This document shows, in pieces, positions 58,083-64,000 of a stretch of 64,000 nucleotides of DNA; position 1 is the stretch's first letter; each line of letters begins with the position of its first letter. The position numbers and the translations under genes are program-made. The notes under the pieces were generated by a model. That model searched no databases and had not been told where the DNA came from. It saw only the letters and a program-made list of their open reading frames with translations. The DNA is from an uncultured Methanosarcinaceae archaeon (GTDB taxonomy: Archaea > Halobacteriota > Methanosarcinia > Methanosarcinales > Methanosarcinaceae): positions 96,001-160,000 of the forward strand of contig CAVSHT010000011.1 in NCBI GenBank assembly GCA_963727895.1, read 5' to 3'.

Positions 58083-58768
58083 GGCATCACCTTTTCACAA
58101 AATACAGTAAAATAATTTTCAGTAACGTTTATTCCGTTTTCATCACAAAGAACAGCAACAAGTTTACCCCTCCCACGATTACGACCCGTACCAGCTCTCC
58201 TGAAAGCTTTTATGCAAGCTGCTAACAAAGGTAGATCCAAACCAGATGGATCTTTTGTAAACGATAATTTCGCCTCAAATGATGTTTCCCTAAGCACTAC
58301 CCTCATTGAACGTAGAGATCTTTTTTTAGGTGCTCCTGATTTTTCGTCAATCGAAGTTTGACGACGAATAGAAGTCAGAGAATTCAGTATATCTTCACTA
58401 CTTAATCTCATTGAGCTGCGAGATTTTTCAAGCTCGTATGCGACAGTTTTTCTCAAATCCGCTGGCAAAGTGGCATTACTTATGTGAAGTATAGCTTTAT
58501 CTGAATCACTGCTTCCGGGATTTCCAAAAAGGTGTTGGGAAGATTCATAGAATTCTTCTTGGAATTTCACGTCATGATTTTGTTCATTTAAGGAAAAAAG
58601 GATGTTTGCACACTCTTCTTCAAGCAAGCCTTTCAGAGTTCTCCCGTTCAAAAAAGGTAATCCACATTTGTCATGCATTACTTCTACATCGACCAGACCC
58701 GCTAAACCGTCTCCCCTACCAAAAGTTGAGTCACTTTTTATAGTAAATTTTAACCAGAATGTTTTCAT
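58079..58768 (-). CDS. Cas7-group RAMP (Csm3-like)
   Basis: GLPFLNGRTLKGLL, LFG.PG, RQTSID, GTGRNRGRG. Confidence 0.85.
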   Translation of the reverse strand: MKTFWLKFTIKSDSTFGRGDGLAGLVDVEVMHDKCGLPFLNGRTLKGLLEEECANILFSLNEQNHDVKFQEEFYESSQHLFGNPGSSDSDKAILHISNATLPADLRKTVAYELEKSRSSMRLSSEDILNSLTSIRRQTSIDEKSGAPKKRSLRSMRVVLRETSFEAKLSFTKDPSGLDLPLLAACIKAFRRAGTGRNRGRGKLVAVLCDENGINVTENYFTVFCEKVMP

Positions 58769-60454
58769 TTTCTGCCCCCTTCAAGCTGAACAAAAAAATC
58801 GAGAGCTTCAATTGCATCAAAGCAAGTACAAGTATTATCAACCCAGCCTGTTTTGTCAGATTCTTCGTTGTTTTTTATTTTAGGGAGTGGCTGTTCTTTT
58901 GGAAGCGAGTCATTATATATTTTTATGAATTTTTCAACTTCATGGGGTCCATTACGTAAAACCTCTCTAAGGCGCATGATTTTGTTATGTTTACCCTCCC
59001 ATTCTTCACCCTTGAATTTTGAAATAATTTCTTCAAAAGTGTTCCAGGAGCACCAGTCTGTTCCTACGGATTCTCCAAGGCGTAATGGACGCATGTTTAA
59101 ATTGCCACATATTTCTGATGAGCCTTCTTTCCATTTGATTGTATATTCACGCTTTCTAATGTTCTCAATACTTTCAATTACTCCACTAGAAGCAAAGTGC
59201 CAATCTATGGCAGAAATTTTTCCTTCTTCAGAAGGAGATGCTTTTTCAATTCCTTTTATACGTGATTTCGCGGATTCTGCCAAGTTGTTTGCCAGTTTTA
59301 AAGCTTGGTAAAATGGATAATGAGTTTTTACAATAGCTATTCCAGCTCTAGCAGAGATCGGATGTCCATCGCTCAACTTCTTGTCCTTGGATGTCAATTG
59401 GCGTAACAGTAATTCAGAAAGAGTTAATCCCAATCGTCCGTCGCAAACAAAAGTTATATCATCGCCACCGAAGACAATTGGTCGGAAAGGTAATTTATTT
59501 TGGAATTCTACTAACCCCCCCAATTTTGCATATTCCTTCTTCGTCTTTTTGAGATTCAAGCAACCTAACTATGGCATTTCTGATTGCCTTACTACTTGCT
59601 TCTTCAATTGAATCCGAAAGAGCACGAATAGAATTTATGTATTCACGGTTGTCTTTCCAATGTCTTTTTGAATATTCTGAAATTCTTTTTCCCATTCCAT
59701 TTCCATCGATATGAACAACAGCAATGTAACTAGACTCATTTTTGGAACCGATTTCATTGAAATCATATACAAAATCTATACCACGATCTTTTTCATCCTT
59801 ATTTAGAAATTTGTTGCAAAGTCTGTCATTAGATGAACGGAAAAAATCCAATTTTGTAGATATCTCTCTCGAAACCCTAATTTCTGTTCCATCATCTTTT
59901 CTAGTCTCATCTTTTCTAGTCTCGGAAGCTGGAAGACCCGTATACTGACAAGAAGCATTCACCCCAATTCCAAGAAGAGGGGATGAGTGAATATAGTTGT
60001 ATTTTTTTTGTGTTATTTTTTTATGGAGAGTTTCCCTTACTGTTTTTTCAAGGGTATCTAGGTTATCTTTATCCCATATGAAGTTGTTATGAGCGATAAT
60101 TAACTGTAAGCCTGGTGCTTTTAAAAGAACTTTTTTAGTATATTCTCGTGTAAATTTTTTGGCAAGATCCTGGTTCTTGAATAAAATTACATTGTTTCCT
60201 CCCCCAGAATAAACAAGCTCGGAATCCAAATCATCTTTCTCAATCTTTTTATTGTTTAATGTTCTAGAGTTTAAATCCAGATTAGTTTTTTCTATATTAG
60301 TCGTTCCAATTTTTTTCAATTCCTCATAGACCATTTCATGGGTTACAAAATTAACCAGTCCAGAGGCCCCAACGTTCTGTTTCAGGTTGTTGCTTCCAAA
60401 AATATAATCTTGGATCCCAACAGTATCTATGACTGTGACTGTGAATTCTGTCAT
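58765..60454 (-). CDS. cas10: Cas10 lacking the HD domain, split by a +1 frameshift in a G7 tract
   Basis: IDTVGIQDYIF, YSGGGN, HIDGNGMG, FGGDD cyclase motif, HYPF; C7 run at 59515-59521. Confidence 0.9.
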
Positions 60455-60470
60455 AAAAAACCTTCTTATA

Positions 60471-61676
60471 TCAAGATGTCAACCATTCCTTCAGATAAAT
60501 GGAAAGATTTTGGATCTGTTCCGCACCAAATACTCTAAACTTGTTTTCTAAATGCCACTCTTCCTTAATTTCTTTTTTAATTATTTCAGGGCTAGCGTCA
60601 GAACTTCTGTCTGATGCAAAACATACTACTCCTATTTTTGCTTCATCCCCACCTAACTGCTGACCGCGGACATAAGCTTCAAATAACTTTTGCTTTACAA
60701 TACTTTTTTTACTTGCAGTTGTACAAGAAACTACGAATAATTCATATCCTCTTAAAATAGCCACATCTAACTCAAATTTGTTATAGTTGAATTTTGCTCC
60801 TAAAACATGATCATGGATTTTACATTCCTCAGCTACCTCTTGAAACATTAATAGTGTATAGTCTTCCAACCAATTACCATCAAACCAACTAGCCAAATTC
60901 TCAACTTTTATTCCCCATTTTTTTGCTAGATCCTCTAAGGTGCTGCAATCTTCCCAAAAATTAGCCAAATTTTCAAATGGCGGATCAATAGGCAAAATTA
61001 CATTTTTCAGTTCAGGTTTGTTCAATATTTTACCCAAGTTTTCGGACCTTAATTTTTTGTCACACCATTTCCGAAATTCTGTAAACAGATCATTTGCCAA
61101 AACTTCACAAATTTCGGGTATAAATACTTCTCTTTTATTATCTATTTCGTATCCATGCAAAGAAAAAAGTTCTTCAATTGATGGTTTGACAGATAAGCTT
61201 ACAGGAATTCTTTTTGATGATGAATCCCTCGTATCTATTACTAATTCCAGGCTACGAGCATCGAGATAACTAAAAACAGAATCTTGATCTGCATCTAGAA
61301 CGGCCTTATATGCATTTACTGCCATAGCCTTTGTTCCACCAGTATAGTTTAGCCCAAGTTTTTGTTTCCCTTTTGAGTATTCAGTTATTTTTTTGTATAT
61401 ATCTCTGGAGTCTGATTCATTCACAAGAATTTTAGTCCACCTTTCTGAAGGAATATTAAGTACTGTGATAAGATCATTTGCGATTTTGTTTGTTTTAGAA
61501 GTATGGATAAAGATAATATGGGAAGATGGCTTTGCGAGTAAGTGATAAACAACATAATTTGGTAAAGGATTTGTACCGATCAGCAGAAACAGGTAGTCAC
61601 TTCTATACTCAGCAAATTTGTCAGACTCATTTTTTGTTGCAATTTTTTCACCCAAAGTTTGAATCCTCCTTTTCAA
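60471..61676 (-). CDS. Card1/Can2-like CARF plus PD-(D/E)xK nuclease
   Basis: LIGTNPLPN, NYTGGTKAM, GNWLEDY, ELDV...SCTT, LGG. Confidence 0.85.
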   Translation of the reverse strand: MKRRIQTLGEKIATKNESDKFAEYRSDYLFLLIGTNPLPNYVVYHLLAKPSSHIIFIHTSKTNKIANDLITVLNIPSERWTKILVNESDSRDIYKKITEYSKGKQKLGLNYTGGTKAMAVNAYKAVLDADQDSVFSYLDARSLELVIDTRDSSSKRIPVSLSVKPSIEELFSLHGYEIDNKREVFIPEICEVLANDLFTEFRKWCDKKLRSENLGKILNKPELKNVILPIDPPFENLANFWEDCSTLEDLAKKWGIKVENLASWFDGNWLEDYTLLMFQEVAEECKIHDHVLGAKFNYNKFELDVAILRGYELFVVSCTTASKKSIVKQKLFEAYVRGQQLGGDEAKIGVVCFASDRSSDASPEIIKKEIKEEWHLENKFRVFGAEQIQNLSIYLKEWLTS

Positions 61677-61686
61677 AGCTATGTAT

Positions 61687-62370
61687 TTAAATAATCAGAA
61701 TCGTATTTTCTTCACAGTTCCAAACCCCTTCGCAACCCCTTTCCCCATCTCCCATAAAATCCGGAATCAAAAAATTGGCTATAAAACCGCCTGTAAAAGA
61801 AGTAAAATCCATTTGTTTGTACTTTGAACATCTGAGTTCCACATCAACATCGCATTTTATGGTATCAGGAACAGTATATCCAAAAGCTTTTGACATGGAA
61901 AGCAGGTTTCCTATGAGCGTTTTCCTGAGGATTTCCTTTTTTTCTTCAGGGTTTCTGGTCTCAAAGAATTTCTCTTCGTTTTCTTTATTAAGGGCAAGCC
62001 AGGGAGTGAGAAATTCGTAAAAGTAGAGGTTTTTTGTAAGGCCAAAATCATGTTTTTTAAGCCTCAGAGACCTTTCAGTGATTTCAAAGTCCTCATAAGG
62101 AAGAGTAACCGTATCAAATTTATCAAATATATCTTTTAATATTTCTGCTCCTTCATTTATACCAACCACTAAAGGTATCCTATCAAGAACTTTGTATTGC
62201 ACCAGAGGGTACCGGTAATAAAACCTGTCAGTATTATGATTGTGGAGCTGGTCGTATTCATTGAATTTTGACGCAAAGAACCCACGGATCTGATTTGCAT
62301 CCCCTCTGAACTCTTCTGAGCCTTCAAAAGTCATTTCAAGAGTTTTGAGTTTAATATTTTCAGGAATCAT
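61687..62370 (-). CDS. cas6: Cas6 (Cas6b type); +1 frameshift just before the Gly-rich loop
   Basis: LHNH..YRYPLVQYK, FLTPWLALN, LIGNLLSMSK; the shifted frame gives GKGVAKGFGTV. Confidence 0.88.
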   Translation of the reverse strand: MIPENIKLKTLEMTFEGSEEFRGDANQIRGFFASKFNEYDQLHNHNTDRFYYRYPLVQYKVLDRIPLVVGINEGAEILKDIFDKFDTVTLPYEDFEITERSLRLKKHDFGLTKNLYFYEFLTPWLALNKENEEKFFETRNPEEKKEILRKTLIGNLLSMSKAFGYTVPDTIKCDVDVELRCSKYKQMDFTSFTGGFIANFLIPDFMGDGERGCEGVWNCEENTILII

Positions 62371-62491
62371 GAGAAATACAACAAATTTTTTAACAATAGT
62401 TTTTCTAATTTTGTCTAAATTGGTTTTAGCATAAATAACTTTTGATATTTATCGATAAATATTTCTCCAAAGATAAAAAATTTAAATATAT

Positions 62492-63682
62492 TTAAATGAA
62501 CGCTTTGATCTTTTTATTAAAACTTTGCTCAATTATTTCAAGCCCAGCCGCACAATCCGTATGTTTGTAATAGTTTACCCACGGGTCAACAACTTGGTAG
62601 ATATTTTTAATTACACTATTAATAGACTTAATTTTATTTATATCGTCGTTTCTTACTTTTTCTGTGCGTCTTATACTCTCTATGCTCTTTATTACATTTT
62701 CAATAGACCCTTCAGTGGGTACAACTTTTATGCCATTCCCTGTCCCGTTGTTCTGTTCAATTTCCTGAAAATAGAAGCCTACGAACTCAAAACCATTTGT
62801 GACAGTCCCAACATAGGTCTTTTCTTTGTTTAATTTGAGCCCCAGTACAGCCAGTACAGCCCTAACTCTGTTAGGATTGATCCATTCTTTTGAAAGGATC
62901 ACAAAATCATCTGAAAAACGCACAAGATGCTCAACTGAGTCCCCTTCAACATTCTTCAACCCTATTTCAGTCCACTGATTGTCAAACTGGTCAAGATAGA
63001 AGTTTAAAAGAAGAGGCGAGATAATTCCGCCCTGAAGCAATCCTTTTCCTGAATCTTTTCCGGAACTGTTTCCAACTGAACCTTTTTTAAGCCAGGACTT
63101 GATCAGAGAAAGTATCAATTTATCTTCGATTCTTATTTTAAGAGCCTTCATGAGCTTATCATGAGGAATGCTATCAAAACAGTCCTCAATATCCCCTTTC
63201 AAATAATGGATGCTCCCGGTTTCAAGCCATTTGTAAACTTCAAGGCTGGCGAGTTTTGCAGACCTGTAAGCACGGTAGCCATAGGAACAGTTTTCAAAAT
63301 CAGCTTCAAAAATCGGCTCAAGAATAAGTTTTACAGCTCCTTGGACAAGCCGGTCTTTTAAGGTAAGAATTCCGAGCTGCCTTGTTTCCCCATTCTTTTT
63401 TGGGACTTTGACTCTTTTTACTTCGCCAGCCTCGTACTTTTCACTTTTAAGCTCCTTCTTTACTGAGCGAATGAAGTTTTCAACCCCTGAAGTCTCTACC
63501 TGCTGGATAGTCAGAAAATCAAAACCAGTTCCTTTTGTATTTCGGTTCAGCTTCTTCCAGGCAGTGTAAAGGACTTCGTCTTTCAAAAGCAGCTTTTTAA
63601 GATTTTTAAACCGTTTTTTAGGATTGCTCTTAGCGTTATTGTACAGTTTCAGTTGAATTTTGGCTATTTTTTGCTTCTGGAT
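62492..63682 (-). CDS. Stand-alone group II intron-like reverse transcriptase in the cas locus
   Basis: PKKNGETRQLGI..DRLVQ, SYGYR, GDIEDCFD, QGGIISPLL, RFSDD, FEFVGF, WVNYY. Frame open to 63682, where GGAGGT precedes ATC rather than ATG. Confidence 0.9.
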   Translation of the reverse strand: MQKQKIAKIQLKLYNNAKSNPKKRFKNLKKLLLKDEVLYTAWKKLNRNTKGTGFDFLTIQQVETSGVENFIRSVKKELKSEKYEAGEVKRVKVPKKNGETRQLGILTLKDRLVQGAVKLILEPIFEADFENCSYGYRAYRSAKLASLEVYKWLETGSIHYLKGDIEDCFDSIPHDKLMKALKIRIEDKLILSLIKSWLKKGSVGNSSGKDSGKGLLQGGIISPLLLNFYLDQFDNQWTEIGLKNVEGDSVEHLVRFSDDFVILSKEWINPNRVRAVLAVLGLKLNKEKTYVGTVTNGFEFVGFYFQEIEQNNGTGNGIKVVPTEGSIENVIKSIESIRRTEKVRNDDINKIKSINSVIKNIYQVVDPWVNYYKHTDCAAGLEIIEQSFNKKIKAFI

Positions 63683-63845
63683 TTCAGATACCTCCGTAAA
63701 TGATTCTTAATTTTCAATCATCTACGGAACCTGATATATTTAGCCACGAAGAATTCGGATTTTTTCCGAATTAAAGGTCTTGACAATTGTTTTCTTGGAA
63801 CTGTTTCTCAATAAAAATGGAAGTATTAGATAAACAAAAAGAGGA

Positions 63846-64000
63846 ATTTCAATCCTTGTTTTAGTGGAAACTACTTCTTGACAACAAAATCAGACGGGAG
63901 CTTGATTTTGCCGGGGGAGCAAGTTTCAATCTTTGTTTTAGTGGAAACTACTTCTTGACCCGCTAACGACCCCATGATAATATTCGATCTCGCAGTTTCA
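63846..64000 (-). CRISPR. CRISPR array end: 37-bp repeats at 63846-63882, 63923-63959 and 63995 onward; spacers of 40 and 35 bp
   Basis: Repeat GTTTCAATCCTTGTTTTAGTGGAAACTACTTCTTGAC; minus strand ends ATTGAAAC; variant bases in these repeats suggest the trailer end. Confidence 0.93.

Noticed and set aside
62492..63682. Mobile group II intron or DGR
   Set aside because: Flanks too short for intron RNA; no TR/VR pair or avd gene seen
63711..63845. Additional degenerate CRISPR repeat
   Set aside because: TTTCAATC and TCTTGAC fragments are not at repeat spacing
63883..63994. Self-targeting spacers against the integrated element
   Set aside because: No match noticed by eye within the window; a proper search is still needed

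Overview
Low-GC archaeal DNA with the gene content and style of a Methanosarcina chromosome (pta-ackA, cysteate synthase-comDE-comF, lonB, ileS, duplicated Val-Phe-Gly tRNA cluster). Core genes alternate with accessory patches. These are: a decayed TPR-nitrilase gene; an IS110 with a structured leader; four IS1-family copies; a decayed NACHT/HEAT plus EEP islet; and three paralogous Gly/Cys/Trp-rich micropeptide genes that share promoter motifs and covarying RNA hairpins. From about 41 kb there is an integrated plasmid-like element (integrase, RHH, prim-pol, helicase, origin-like inverted repeat). It is followed by a minus-strand type III-D-like CRISPR-Cas locus: array end, stand-alone reverse transcriptase, cas6, Card1/Can2-like nuclease, HD-less cas10, cas7, cas5/cas11, cas7x2, csx19, cas7-insert and a TM-CARF effector, with no cas1/cas2 inside the window. 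Several +1 frameshifts in essential genes look like assembly consensus artefacts. All calls come from reading motifs by eye; no database searches were run.
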